A stretch of DNA of 64,000 bases from Deinococcus sp. (GTDB lineage: Bacteria; Deinococcota; Deinococci; Deinococcales; Deinococcaceae), in contig OZ253375.1 in NCBI GenBank assembly GCA_965261005.1, positions 1,696,001 through 1,760,000 on the forward strand, in the 5' to 3' direction. This document shows positions 12,412-23,153 of the stretch, piece after piece. Position 1 is the stretch's first letter. Every line of letters starts with the position of its first letter. Position numbers and translations under genes: made by a program. The notes beneath the pieces are model-generated. The model had not been told where the DNA came from, searched no databases, and saw nothing but the letters and a program-made list of their open reading frames with translations.

Positions 12412-12893
12412 GTCCACGCCTCGCCCGCCTGTCGCCCCACGCCACCCGCTGGGGCGACTTCAATTGTGGAGACGCCCGCATCACCAACAAACTCGCCCGT
12501 GAGGCCCTGCGCGCCGAGGCAGGGCTTCAAGCGCTCTATGGCGTCCTCGGCGACGAGAATGACGTGCTCGCGGCGATGACCTTACGAACGGGCGTGCTTT
12601 CGGCACCGAACAGCGTGCTGTACGAACTGGGACAGGGCGAGTTGGAAGTACCGACGGTACATATCGAAGCGCTGGGCGTACGACTGGGCGCCCAGGGACA
12701 AGGCTACGGCCGCAATTTGGTCGAGCTGGCCCGGGCACTGAGTGGACAGGTCGGCGAGCGGGTGGGCGTGCGCGTCCTTTCGCTGGAGGCAACACCGGAG
12801 AGCCGGGCCTTTTATGTCCACATGGGCTTTCAGTCGGCACAGTCGGCGTGGCCTGACGGTTCCTGGCCCATGTGGTTGCTCCTCACCCGCTGA
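12408..12893 (+). CDS. GNAT N-acetyltransferase, AtaT/TacT-toxin-like
   Basis: N-terminal FNCGD, acetyl-CoA loop QGQGYG, FY..MGF. Confidence 0.75.
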   Translation: MSPRLARLSPHATRWGDFNCGDARITNKLAREALRAEAGLQALYGVLGDENDVLAAMTLRTGVLSAPNSVLYELGQGELEVPTVHIEALGVRLGAQGQGYGRNLVELARALSGQVGERVGVRVLSLEATPESRAFYVHMGFQSAQSAWPDGSWPMWLLLTR

Positions 12894-12900
12894 GGACTTC

Positions 12901-13440
12901 TCAAGGAACGGCTGCTTGTTCCCTCAGCCCCCAATACCGTTCCGCCAAGTCCTGCCACGGCTCCAGCCTGAAGTGGTTGTCGCCCAGCGGGCTGGTCGAG
13001 GGCAAGACCCACAACTCGGTCTCGCCCAGTTTCCTTTCTTGCCGGCCATACGGCAGCTTGCCGGTCGGCACGCCAAGGGCCTCGCTGGCCGCGCGCTTGC
13101 TGGTAAAGGCGAGCAGCTGGGGGCGGTCGCGCAGAATTTTGTCTTCAACCTCCTGCGGCGCAAAGGCCCCCTTCGGCAGCTGCGAGTCAATCCCGCTGTG
13201 CCGCTTGGCCACGTCGGTCAGGCCGATGTTCAGGTCGAGCAGCTTCGGGTACTCTCTCGGCGCGAACTGCCGGGGCGTCAGACCAACTTGGTATAGCAGC
13301 GGCCAGAATTTGTTCTTGGGGTGGGCGTAGTAAGCCCGCGCCCGCGCCGAGGCCAAGCTGGGCGCGGTGCCGCACAGCACCAGGGTCAGGCCGGGACGCA
13401 GCAGGTCGGGGACGAGGTAGTCGGCGGCGGGGTCGTTCAT
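12901..13440 (-). CDS. mug: G/U mismatch-specific DNA glycosylase
   Basis: VPDLLRPGL.LVLCGTAPS, YYAHPKNKFW, IGLTDVAKR, VLPSTSP. Confidence 0.9.
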   Translation of the reverse strand: MNDPAADYLVPDLLRPGLTLVLCGTAPSLASARARAYYAHPKNKFWPLLYQVGLTPRQFAPREYPKLLDLNIGLTDVAKRHSGIDSQLPKGAFAPQEVEDKILRDRPQLLAFTSKRAASEALGVPTGKLPYGRQERKLGETELWVLPSTSPLGDNHFRLEPWQDLAERYWGLREQAAVP

Positions 13441-13529
13441 GCTGAGGACCAAGCCTACACTGTCCGGGAAGCCCGCTGTATGGTCTGTACCGTGCGCCTT
13501 ATCTTTTCTCTATCAGGCCAGGCCCGCCC

Positions 13530-15005
13530 GTGAGCGCCGCCGGCAAGACGGACGCCCTCAAGCTGCTCAACGTCGGCCTCGACATGAATCCCCTTACCGA
13601 CGAGGCCCGCGCCTTTTTCGGGCGCTTTCCGGTGGGGGGCGTGTGCCTGTTTCGCGGCAGCCTGGACACCCTTGAGGGCGTGATGGACCTGCTGCGCGAG
13701 CTGCGTTCCCTGCTGGGGCCGGGAGCGCTCATCAGCGTTGACCAGGAGGGTGGGTCGGTGGTGCGCCTGCCGCAGCTGCCAGTGTCGCCGGGGGCACTGG
13801 CTCTCGGCGTGGGCGACAATCCGGCACGTACCTACCGGGTGGCACTTTCTCAAGCGCGCGGCCTGGCCGCCCTCGGCTTCAACGTCAACTACGCCCCGGT
13901 GCTGGACGTGAACATCAATCCGGACAACCCCGTGATCGGCGAGCGGGCCTTTGGGGCGTCGCCAGAGCGGGTCATTCGCCACGCGCTGCCCTTCGCGCGG
14001 GCGCACCGGGGCGCCGGCGTGCTGGCGGTCGGCAAGCATTACCCCGGCCACGGCGACACGGCGGTGGACTCGCACCTGAGCTTGCCGGTGCTGGACCGCA
14101 GTTGGGCGCAGCTGGAGGCGACCGAGCTGCGGCCCTTTCGCGCCGCCATAGAGGACGGCCTGGAGGCGATCATGACCGCGCACATCGCTTTTCCACGCCT
14201 GTCCGGGGAACCCGCCACCCTCAGCTCCGAGCTGCTGGGCCACCTGCGCGGCGCGCTCGGCTTCGACGGCCTGATCTTCACCGACGCCCTGGACATGGGG
14301 GCCATCTTGCAGCGCATGCCGCAGCACGCCTCGGCCGCCCTGTCCCTGGCGGCGGGGGCCGACATCGCCTTGGTGCTGGGCGACCTGAAGTTGCACGCCG
14401 AGACGGCCGCCGCCTTCGACCCCGACCCGGCCGACGTGCGCCGCTCGCTGACCCGCCTGGAGCGGACGCTGGAGCGCTACCCCTTCCGGGAGCCAGACCC
14501 AGGGGCGTTGCGGGCGCTGCTGAACGACCCGGTTGTGGCGGGGGATGTCGAGGACGCGGCCCGTGCGGCGCTGCGCCGGCAGGGCGAGCTGCCTCAAATC
14601 GCGCGGTCCGCCCGGGTCGCCCTGCTGCTTCCCTCCGACGTGCGCAAGGGGGCCGCCACCGACGCGGAGGACGTGGGCGCCCGCCTGACGCCGCCGCTTC
14701 GGGCCGTCTTTCCAAAGCTGCGGGTGCTGCGTGGAAGGGACGCCCTCTCCCCCGACCTCGCGGGGGTGGACGCGGCCATTCTGGTCAGCGCCAGCCGCAC
14801 CGAGCCGCTGGCGAGCGAGCGCGAGATCGCGGAACGGCTGGCCCAACTGCCCCAGGCGCTGCACTTCAACCTGTTCAATCCCCACCTGAGCGCCGACTTT
14901 CCGCTGCCGACCCTGCTGACCTTCGGCTACCGGGACGCCAGCCTGCGCGCGGCGGCAAGCGCGCTCATCGGGAACGCCGCCGTGCCCGCTTGGCAAGAGA
15001 CATGA
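13530..15005 (+). CDS. GH3 beta-N-acetylhexosaminidase (NagZ-like)
   Basis: SVDQEGG, APVLDV, KHYPGHGDTAVDSH, IMTAH, FTDALDM. Confidence 0.9.
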   Translation: MSAAGKTDALKLLNVGLDMNPLTDEARAFFGRFPVGGVCLFRGSLDTLEGVMDLLRELRSLLGPGALISVDQEGGSVVRLPQLPVSPGALALGVGDNPARTYRVALSQARGLAALGFNVNYAPVLDVNINPDNPVIGERAFGASPERVIRHALPFARAHRGAGVLAVGKHYPGHGDTAVDSHLSLPVLDRSWAQLEATELRPFRAAIEDGLEAIMTAHIAFPRLSGEPATLSSELLGHLRGALGFDGLIFTDALDMGAILQRMPQHASAALSLAAGADIALVLGDLKLHAETAAAFDPDPADVRRSLTRLERTLERYPFREPDPGALRALLNDPVVAGDVEDAARAALRRQGELPQIARSARVALLLPSDVRKGAATDAEDVGARLTPPLRAVFPKLRVLRGRDALSPDLAGVDAAILVSASRTEPLASEREIAERLAQLPQALHFNLFNPHLSADFPLPTLLTFGYRDASLRAAASALIGNAAVPAWQET

Positions 15006-15703
15006 ACGCAGGAGACATGAACGCCGCCCCGCCCATCACCATTCGCCGCTCCAGCAAGCGGCGCACCGTCGCCCTGAGCGTCAGCCGGCGGGGGGTGGTG
15101 CTGCACGCCCCCCCCGGCGTGCCCGAACAGGCGCTGCTGGCCTACGCCGGGCAAAAGCGCGGCTGGATCGAGCGGGCGCTGAGGCGCTTCGAGGAGCGCA
15201 AGCCGCCCAGCTACGGGTTGGAGCCGGGCGAGGGGCTGCCCTTCCTCGGCGAGACCCTGACCCTGCGCCTGGGCGAGCAGGTGACGCGGGCGGGGTCTTT
15301 TCTGGAGCTGCCGGATGTTGCCCTCCCCGAGCGGCGCGCCTTGCTGGAGCATTGGTACCGCCGCGAGGCGCTGGCCTTGTTCACGCCGCTGGCCGCCGGA
15401 ATGGCCGCTCAGTTGGGCGTCACGGTGAGGTCCGTGCGCTTGAGCGAGGCCAGCACCCGCTGGGGCAGCTGCGCCGTCCCCGGCGATGTGCGCTTCAATT
15501 GGCGGGTGCTGCTGGGGCCGCGCGCGGGGACCGTCTACCTGTGCGCGCACGAGGTCGCCCACCTGCGCGAGATGAACCACTCGCCGCGCTTCTGGAAGGT
15601 GGTGGAGCGGCTGATGCCGGACTACCGGGAGGCCCGCGCCCAATTGCGCGCCGAGGGCTTTCGTTACACGCTGGGGGATGGGGAAACCCGTACCAAGGGT
15701 TGA
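15002..15703 (+). CDS. YgjP/DUF45-like zinc metallopeptidase-family protein
   Basis: IRRSSKRRT, RWGSC, HEVAHLREMNHSPRFW; the start overlaps the GH3 stop (ATGA). Confidence 0.88.
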   Translation: MNAGDMNAAPPITIRRSSKRRTVALSVSRRGVVLHAPPGVPEQALLAYAGQKRGWIERALRRFEERKPPSYGLEPGEGLPFLGETLTLRLGEQVTRAGSFLELPDVALPERRALLEHWYRREALALFTPLAAGMAAQLGVTVRSVRLSEASTRWGSCAVPGDVRFNWRVLLGPRAGTVYLCAHEVAHLREMNHSPRFWKVVERLMPDYREARAQLRAEGFRYTLGDGETRTKG

Positions 15704-15731
15704 ACTGTTGTCATAGCGGCGCCCCCGCAAG

Positions 15732-16613
15732 CTACAGCGTCACGGTGACGACCTCGCCCGCCGCCTGACGCTGCGCCTGAGGCCAGTCGCGGGCGTTCAG
15801 GGTGGTGCCCGCCTCGCGCACCTCCCTCAGCGCGGCGAGGTCGAGGTCGGCGTGGACCCAGCCCGGCGCGTTGAGCGTGCCCACGGCCAGCACCCCGTTT
15901 TCGGAAAAGCCGTGGTCAACCGGGCCGTACAGCCCCGCCGCGCCCACGCTCAGGTCCACGGCCTCGTTCCACGGCGCCTCGCCCACCAGCGGGGCGTGCG
16001 CCACGTAGATCTGGTTCTCCAGGGCGCGCGCCCGGCCGCCCACCTCGACGCGGTGGTAGCCGGTGATGGCCTCGGTGGCGCTGGGCAGCAGCAGCAGGTC
16101 CGCGCCGGCCCCCGCGAGCGCGCGCGCCAACTGCGGAAACTCCGCGTCGTAGCAGACGTTCACGCCGATTCTTCCCCACTCCGTCTCGAACAGCGTGAGG
16201 CCCGTTCCCGCCGACACGCCCCAGCGCTCGGCCTCGAAGCGGGTCATGACCAGCTTGTCCTGAACGCCGTGATTCCCGTCGGGGCCGAAGAAAAAGGCGC
16301 GGTTGAGGTACTTGTCCCCCACCGCCACCGGAAAGCTGCCGGCCAACATGCACACCCCGCGCGCCACCGCCAAGCTGCGGTGCAGCTCCAGGTAGGCGGG
16401 CAGCAGGGGTTGCAGGGCCGGCAGCTGCCGGGTCACGTCCCTTTGCACCTCCCCCGGCAGCAGGCTGGCGAGTTCCAAGCTGGCGTACTCGGGAAACACC
16501 AGCACGCGGGCGCCCAGGTCCGCCGCCCCGTTCACCCACGAGGAAAGCTTGCGCGCGTAGGCGTCCCAACTCTCGTGGAAGTCAATGGGGTACTGCGCGA
16601 GGGCGAGGTTCAC
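15732..16613 (-). CDS. Carbon-nitrogen hydrolase (nitrilase superfamily)
   Basis: [17 protein letters not shown] Glu-Lys-Cys triad, [11 protein letters not shown] start overlaps the upstream stop. Confidence 0.9.
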   Translation of the reverse strand: MNLALAQYPIDFHESWDAYARKLSSWVNGAADLGARVLVFPEYASLELASLLPGEVQRDVTRQLPALQPLLPAYLELHRSLAVARGVCMLAGSFPVAVGDKYLNRAFFFGPDGNHGVQDKLVMTRFEAERWGVSAGTGLTLFETEWGRIGVNVCYDAEFPQLARALAGAGADLLLLPSATEAITGYHRVEVGGRARALENQIYVAHAPLVGEAPWNEAVDLSVGAAGLYGPVDHGFSENGVLAVGTLNAPGWVHADLDLAALREVREAGTTLNARDWPQAQRQAAGEVVTVTL

Positions 16614-17989
16614 CCGTGTTCGCCCGCGCCCTTGCCGCTCATGGCCTCCCGCACCTCGGCGACCAGCAGGGTGCAGGCCTCGGCGCAGGGAAAGGCGCCG
16701 GGGACGCCGTCGAAAAAGGTGCGCTCCAAGCGCTCGCCGGCCCACACGCGGGTCTTGAGGCAGCCGCCGCACACTTGGCGCGAGGTGGCGGCCACCAGCT
16801 CTGGAGGCGCCGAGGCGACCTTGGCATAGATGCCAGTTTGGCGCCGGGCGGTGGTGGCCCAGGGCGTCGAGCGCAGCGCGTGGTTCGAGCAGGCGTAGGC
16901 CTCCTCCACCATGGCCGGGTACAGGTAGCCCACGGCGCGCGGCAAGTCGGCGCGGTCGAAGACGCCACGCCACCCTCTGGGCAAGTTGCGCAGGGTGTGG
17001 ACCGGGCGGTACTCGCCGCGCTCGTCGAGCCGCACCTGGTCGCGCAGACTTTCGGGCGTCACAAAGGTCTCCAGCCCCTCGCGTCCCTCGTCGAGGGCGT
17101 GCCTCAGCTCAAAGAGGCCGGCGCGCGGGGTCAGCAGCACCTCGCCGAAGCGCAGGCCGGCGTCCGCGAGGTTCAAAAAGGCGTCCCAGGCCCGCTGATG
17201 AAGCGCGTCCGGCTCGCCGTCCTCGCCCGCGCCGCTGGCGTCCTCGGCCAGCTGCACGATCACCTCGGCCACCTTGGGATGGGTGCCGGTGGGCTTCGCG
17301 TAGTACACCGTGCGCCCCCCGATCTCGCTGACGGGACCGGAAAGGCCGAGGTCCTCGGGAATGGTCTCCAGGGTGTGCCAACCTTCCGAGGCGAAAAAGG
17401 GCACCATCACCACCCGCGACGCCCGCACGAGGTCCGGCCAAAGCGTCACGCGCGGGTCCTCGTCCAGAAAGAGAGCGTGGACTTCCGCGAAGATGCCGAG
17501 GTCGCGCAGCCGTTCGGCGTTTTGGTAGACCACCCGGCTGGAGTTGGCGTTGCGGGTGGTGCCGTGCCCGATCAGGATCAGGGCGGTGTCCTCGCCGCCG
17601 AGGTCCGGGCAAGCCTCGCGGGCGCGCTCCAAAATCACCTCGCTCATGGCCGGGTGAACGCCGTAGGGCAGGGTGTAGCGCACGGTGCGCCCGCCGATCA
17701 CGCGCGCCACGCCGTGCTCGGGAACCGGCCCTTGGTGCCCCAAACCCAGTTCGCGCGGAATGACCGTCTCGGTGAAGTACCCCTCCGAGATGAACATGGG
17801 AATCACCGTCACGTCGGTGGAGCGCACCGTGCGCAGCACTTGGCGCAAGCTCGGCTCCTCCTTCCAGTAACCCTCGACCACCTCGTCGAAGACGCCGCGC
17901 GCCCGGATCAGCTCCGCGTAGCGGTACACCGCCGAGGCCGACTCGGGATTCAGGTGGGAGCCGTGGCCGACCAAGACGAGGGAGCGCAT
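16610..17989 (-). CDS. CbiX/SirB chelatase-domain protein with C-terminal Fe-S domain (DR2241-like)
   Basis: Two CbiX-like halves (LVGHGS; LIGHGT) and C-terminal CGGC...CAEAC; leaderless TAGGCT-N6-ATG. Confidence 0.85.
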   Translation of the reverse strand: MRSLVLVGHGSHLNPESASAVYRYAELIRARGVFDEVVEGYWKEEPSLRQVLRTVRSTDVTVIPMFISEGYFTETVIPRELGLGHQGPVPEHGVARVIGGRTVRYTLPYGVHPAMSEVILERAREACPDLGGEDTALILIGHGTTRNANSSRVVYQNAERLRDLGIFAEVHALFLDEDPRVTLWPDLVRASRVVMVPFFASEGWHTLETIPEDLGLSGPVSEIGGRTVYYAKPTGTHPKVAEVIVQLAEDASGAGEDGEPDALHQRAWDAFLNLADAGLRFGEVLLTPRAGLFELRHALDEGREGLETFVTPESLRDQVRLDERGEYRPVHTLRNLPRGWRGVFDRADLPRAVGYLYPAMVEEAYACSNHALRSTPWATTARRQTGIYAKVASAPPELVAATSRQVCGGCLKTRVWAGERLERTFFDGVPGAFPCAEACTLLVAEVREAMSGKGAGEHG

Positions 17990-18102
17990 GAACTCAGCCT
18001 AGCAACGCCGCGCACATTCACCGTGAGCCGCCGCAAGGTTCGCAGGCGTTTGACCGCCGTTCACCCGGCGCCGCCCTCCCAGCAAACCACTACACTGCCG
18101 TG

Positions 18103-19173
18103 GTGCCACTCGCCTACCTGACGCGCATCGCCGAGACGCCCGCCCCGACCTTTCAGGAGGGGGCGCGCGCCGAGCTGATCGCCCAGCTGTGGCGCGAGTT
18201 GGGCGTGCGCCCGGAGGTGGACGAGGTGGGCAACGTGGTGGCGCGCCTCGGGCCACAGGAGGGCCGGGCGCTGGTACTCGCCTCACACCTCGACACGGTC
18301 TTCTCGGAAGGGACCGACCTGACCGTGCGGGCGGGGCGCGGGCGCTGGAGCGGCCCCGGCCTGGGCGACAACAGCGCCAGCCTCGCGGTGCTGACGGCCC
18401 TGCTGCGCGACCTGGATTCCGGCAGCCTGACCCGGCCGTTGTGGCTGGTCGCTAACGTGGGCGAGGAGGGCCTGGGCGACTTGCGCGGCGCCAAGCACTT
18501 GCTGGCCGAGCATGCGGGCGAGGTGGGCGCCTTTGTGGCGGTGGACGGCTACCTGGGCTTGGCGGTCACGCGGGCGGTCGGGGTGCGGCGGCTGCGCGCC
18601 ACCTTCAGCGGTCCCGGCGGCCACTCCTGGGGCGACCAGGGGCCGAGCGCGCTGCACGCCCTCGGGCTGGCGATCACGGCCCTCTACAGCTTGCCGCTGC
18701 CGAACAGTCCGCGCACCACCCTCAACGTCGGCGAGGCGCGCGGCGGCACCAGCGTCAACTCCATCGCGGCGCAGGCGGGGCTGCTGCTGGACCTGCGCTC
18801 GCTGGACGCCGGCGCGCTGGAGGCGCTGGAGCAGCAGGCCCGCGCGGCTTTGGAAGGTGCGGCGCGCTCGGCGGGCGTCGAGGTGGCTCTGGAGCTGGTC
18901 GGCGACCGCCCCGGCGGCGACCTTCAGGGCGACGCCTTGTTGCGCCTCGCGCGCCGCGCCGCCGAGAGCGTGGGCGCCGAGGTGCGCACCGCCGCCAGCT
19001 CCACCGACGCCAACGCCGCCGTGCCCCACGGCATTCCCGCCCTCGCGCTGGGCGTCTACAAGGGGGGCAACGCCCACCGTGAGGACGAGTGGGTGACCCC
19101 CGACAGCCTGGAAACCGGCCTGACCCTGCTGAGGACGTTCGTGCGGCTCTACCAGCAAAAGCCGCTGGCTTAG
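18103..19173 (+). CDS. M20/M25/M40 metallopeptidase
   Basis: SHLDTV, GDN, GEEG, GGHS, STDAN, AH; start placed at GTG 18103, 6 nt after TACACT. Confidence 0.9.
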   Translation: MPLAYLTRIAETPAPTFQEGARAELIAQLWRELGVRPEVDEVGNVVARLGPQEGRALVLASHLDTVFSEGTDLTVRAGRGRWSGPGLGDNSASLAVLTALLRDLDSGSLTRPLWLVANVGEEGLGDLRGAKHLLAEHAGEVGAFVAVDGYLGLAVTRAVGVRRLRATFSGPGGHSWGDQGPSALHALGLAITALYSLPLPNSPRTTLNVGEARGGTSVNSIAAQAGLLLDLRSLDAGALEALEQQARAALEGAARSAGVEVALELVGDRPGGDLQGDALLRLARRAAESVGAEVRTAASSTDANAAVPHGIPALALGVYKGGNAHREDEWVTPDSLETGLTLLRTFVRLYQQKPLA

Positions 19174-21312
19174 AGTTGAGTTGTGGGGCTGGGTTGTGGG
19201 GTTGGGGCGGTCCCCGTTCTCATTTATGCTCACCCGTGGTCTCCGGTCGGGTAGCATGCAGCCAGGAGACCCGGTATGTCCGACTATGACTTCGAGGGAC
19301 CGCAACGCGAACCAAGCCAGCAGCGGGCGTATCTACCCAAGCCAGTTCTGTTCGAGGACCCGCTGCTGACGCGCCTGCGCCAAGAAGCTGTTCAGGACCC
19401 GGCCGCGCACGCCGAGCAGGTGCGGCGCTTCGAGCAGGACCCCGAGGCCGCGCTGTCCGCCCACGCCGCCCAACACGCCAAGCTCCAGGCGGAGCGCCTT
19501 GAGGCCGACCGGCAGCGCCGCCAAGCCTTAAAAGGCGAGCAGCACAGCCAGGCCGAGGCGCAGCGGCAAGCAGCAGAAGCGCGCGAGCGGCGCCAGCACG
19601 CCCAGAACCTGCGCGCCGCCAGCAGGCTGCCCAAGGCCGCGCCTTCCCCCGAGGTGACCGAGCGGGCGGCCGTGGAACGCTTGGGCGCGGACGGGGTGCA
19701 GCAGGGCAGCCGGCTGTCGCACGAGGCCGACAAGCTGCACGAACTCCTGCTGCAAGACGCGCGCTACCTGCCGGAGGCCGTCCGCGCCGAAATGGTCTCC
19801 GAAACGCTGGAGGGGTACGGGCGCCAAGGTCTGCCCGCCGAGACCATCGCGCAGCTGCTGATGGACCGCCTGCCCGAGCCGCAACGCGCGACCTTGCAGT
19901 TCGCGGTGCTGAAGACCAAGGGAGTGCAACAGCGGCGCCAAGTGGCGGCGCAGACGCGGGCGACCCAGCAAGCGCGCGGGAACGCGGCCCACGACGTGCA
20001 GACCATCTACGCCGCCGTGATCGTCTCCGACGTGAACAGGGGAACGATCATTGGCAGTGGATTCCACGACGGGCCGCTGGACCTGCGCGTCGTTGCCTTG
20101 ATCGGCCAGTACGCGGGCCGTGGACAGCTCGACACCCTGAAGCAGACCTACCACGACAAGTACGGACGCGATTTGCGCAACGACGCTTTGGCGCTGTTGC
20201 GCGACCCGATCGCCAAGCGCAACGTCGCCGACATGTTCGGCCTGCCCTTCGGGCATGACCTCGGTTTTCACGCCTTTGTCGAGGCGCTGACCCGCATGAG
20301 CTACGCCAATGCGGACGACCTCTCCGACAGCAAGCTGACAGGCAATACAGGCGACGCCGCCAAGCTGCTGCACGCCTTCGGGTACACAAGCAGCCACACC
20401 GTCTTCGGGCGCTGGGGCTTCCAGATGCGCGTCTTCACCCCTGATCCCAAGGCCAAACTCGCAGAAGGTGTTCACCGGCATACCCAGCCGGTCGTCGCCT
20501 TTCGCGGCACCGAGGGTGTGCAGCCTTGGCCCTTCGGGGAGGCCATCAACCCCAGAGACCCCAGCGTGCAGGAAAGCAACCTCGACACCCAGATCGGCGA
20601 CTTCGGCAAGGCGCCCGCCGGCTACGCCCAGTACCAACCGAACAAGGAGCGCATTGACGCCAACCTGGAGGGGCTGGGCAGCAACCTGATCTTCGCCGGC
20701 CACTCGCTCGGCGGCGCCCTCGCGCAGATCGCGGCGGTGCATCATCCCGCGCTGGTCGGGCAGATCATCACCTTTCAGTCGCCGTCCATCGAAAAGAGTG
20801 ACGCCGAGAAGATCGAACAGTACAACAAGAAGCACCAAGGGCACGAGATCGAGAGCGCCCACTACCGGGCGCTGAACGACGTGGTGCCGACGGCGGGCGA
20901 GGAGCTGACCCCTGGGACGGTGTACAGCTTCGAGCGCTCGAAGTACATCGCCGGCAAGGGCGAGCAGCCCGGCCACGCCCCGAAGAACGACGGGCACGAC
21001 ACCGGGGAGTGGGTGCAGAACGTGCTGGCAAGCCGGGACCTGCTCAGCATGGGCGGCCCCAACCACAACGCCTGTTTGCTGCGGGAACTGCTGGTGAACC
21101 GGAACGCGGGGAAGCTGACGCCCGAACAGCGCTTGGTGGCGCAGCTTGGGGCGCTCGATCAGGACCAGATGGGCAAGGACGGCAAACCGCTGCCGGAAGA
21201 CGTGCGGCCCATGGTGGTGAGCGCCTTGCACAGCGTCTACACGGCCAAGACGGACCCGATTCTGCATGGGGAGGCGGGACGGGCGGCGGTGCTGGCGGGG
21301 GTGTACAAGACG

Positions 21313-22789
21313 GTATTTGATTAGCGAGGTGGTAGGGAGAGAGAGTGTCTTGTAGGGTAAGCGGGATGAGCGGCGAGGCGACCCCCAGCGTGACCGAACT
21401 CCTGGAGTTGGTGCGTACCCTCACCGCTCGCATCGAACGCCTCGAAGCCGAAAATAGACAACTGCACGAAGAAAACGCTCGGCTCAGGAAGCGGATCGAA
21501 GAGTTGGAGCGTCGCCAGAAGAAGCATGTCGCCCCCTTCAGCCGAGGCACCCCCAAGGCGAACCCTCAGCCGAGTGGACGCCGCGCGGGGCAGGGCGCGT
21601 TCACCTTCCGCGCGCCACCTGAGAACGAGGACATCACCCGTGTCGTGGATGTTCTCCTGCCCGCTCAGTGTCGGTGCGGTGGGGCGCTCGACGCGAGCCA
21701 CACCGACCTCGCCACTGTCACGGACCTCCCGGAGCGCCGTCCCCAAGTGACGGCCTACCACCTCGCCGTGGGGCAGTGTCGGCACTGTGGTCGCCGCGTG
21801 CGAGCGACGCACCCGGACGTGCGTGAGGATCAACGAGGGGCCACCGCCCACCGTCTGGGTCCGGAGGTGCTGAGCCTTGCTCACGCGCTGCACTATGATC
21901 TCGGTGTACCGGTTCGGAAAGTTCCTGAGGTGCTGCGCCTCACCAGCGGGCTGAGGGTGACGCAGGGGGCGCTGACGCAAGACGCGTTGCGACAAAGCCA
22001 AGAGGGCAGCGCGCTGTCAGGCGAGTACCGGCAGTTGCGCGATGACGTGCAACGGCAGCCCTTGGTCCATCAGGACGACACGGGCTGGCGGGTGCACGGG
22101 GAACAAGCCTGGCTCCAGGTGTTCCGCACACCGGTCTCGGTGGTGTACCAAATTCGCGCGCGGCACACCCACGCCGAGGTGCAGGAGGTGGTGCCGCAGA
22201 ACTACGCGGGCGTGTTGTGCGTGGACCGCTTTAGCAGCTACGACCACGCCAGCTTCAAAGACGTAGCACAGCAGAAGTGCATTCACCATGTCATCCGCTC
22301 GTGTGAAGCGGCGCTAGAGGACCAGCACGGCAAGCGAGGACGGGGACGGGACTTTGCGCGGAGCTTGCTCGAAGACTTCCGGGCGGCTTTGATGTTGCAC
22401 GCGCGCTTCCAACAGGGAGACTGCACGCTCGACAAGTACCGTCAGCGTGGAGAGGCGCTGCGTTTGAAGATCGAGAAGCGCCTGTTCGCCTCGTGTCGTT
22501 CACGAGAAAACAAACGGCTGGTGCGCGGCATCCGCAAGCATCACCAGCGGGAGAATCTGCTGCGCTTTCTGATGGACCCGAACGTACCGCCGACCAACAA
22601 CGCGGCGGAGCGGGCACTTCGACCGGCGGTGATCGCGCGCAAGGTGTCGCAGTGCAGCAAGTCCTTCGGGGGCAGCGAGGCGTTCGCCATCTTCAAGTCC
22701 ATTACGCAAACGGCCCGCCTCGCTGGACTCGATCCCTTCCAAACCCTGCTTGACCACCGACAGCAACAAAACACCCGCTAATCACATAC
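21313..22789 (+). mobile_element. IS66-family insertion sequence, single-ORF (ISBst12-like), 1477 bp
   Basis: Imperfect terminal IRs GTATTTGATTAGCGAGGTG / CACCCGCTAATCACATAC; 8-bp direct repeat ACAAGACG at 21305-21312 and 22790-22797. Confidence 0.93.
21345..22781 (+). CDS. IS66-family transposase
   Basis: N-terminal coiled coil, CRCGG...CRHCG zinc finger, DDTGW, VDRFSSY, QKCIHH, PTNNAAERALR...RKVS. Confidence 0.93.
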   Translation: MSCRVSGMSGEATPSVTELLELVRTLTARIERLEAENRQLHEENARLRKRIEELERRQKKHVAPFSRGTPKANPQPSGRRAGQGAFTFRAPPENEDITRVVDVLLPAQCRCGGALDASHTDLATVTDLPERRPQVTAYHLAVGQCRHCGRRVRATHPDVREDQRGATAHRLGPEVLSLAHALHYDLGVPVRKVPEVLRLTSGLRVTQGALTQDALRQSQEGSALSGEYRQLRDDVQRQPLVHQDDTGWRVHGEQAWLQVFRTPVSVVYQIRARHTHAEVQEVVPQNYAGVLCVDRFSSYDHASFKDVAQQKCIHHVIRSCEAALEDQHGKRGRGRDFARSLLEDFRAALMLHARFQQGDCTLDKYRQRGEALRLKIEKRLFASCRSRENKRLVRGIRKHHQRENLLRFLMDPNVPPTNNAAERALRPAVIARKVSQCSKSFGGSEAFAIFKSITQTARLAGLDPFQTLLDHRQQQNTR

Positions 22790-23153
22790 ACAAGACGTTC
22801 GGCTTCACCTTCCGGGTCTTCGCCGCCAACCTGCCCTACAACCTCGCGCTCGAACAGCTGGACAAGAAGCTGAAAGAAGCCACGCCCGAAAAGCTGCACG
22901 ACCGTGAAGGGCTACAAAAGGCTTTGGAGAAGTGGACCGCCTTGCTTGACGGCATGCACGAACTCCGGATCGGCGACAGCGCCGACGAGATGGCCCGCAT
23001 GCTTCAGCTCGACGACACCAAGACCTATAGGGCGCTGAAAGCAGTGGGGGAAGTGAAATTAGATGCGATTGACAAAGAAAATCTAGAGCGAACACTTCCA
23101 CAGCTATGGCTGGCTTGGCATCCGAATGGGGAACAGCTCGTCAAGGACCTGAA

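Noticed and set aside
19528..21267. Long antisense or alternative-frame ORFs (e.g. 19528-21267 -, 13455-14996 -, 29437-31143 -, 36096-37964 -, 9205-10833 +)
   Set aside because: Shadow ORFs of GC-rich codon usage that overlap well-supported genes and have no motifs of their own.
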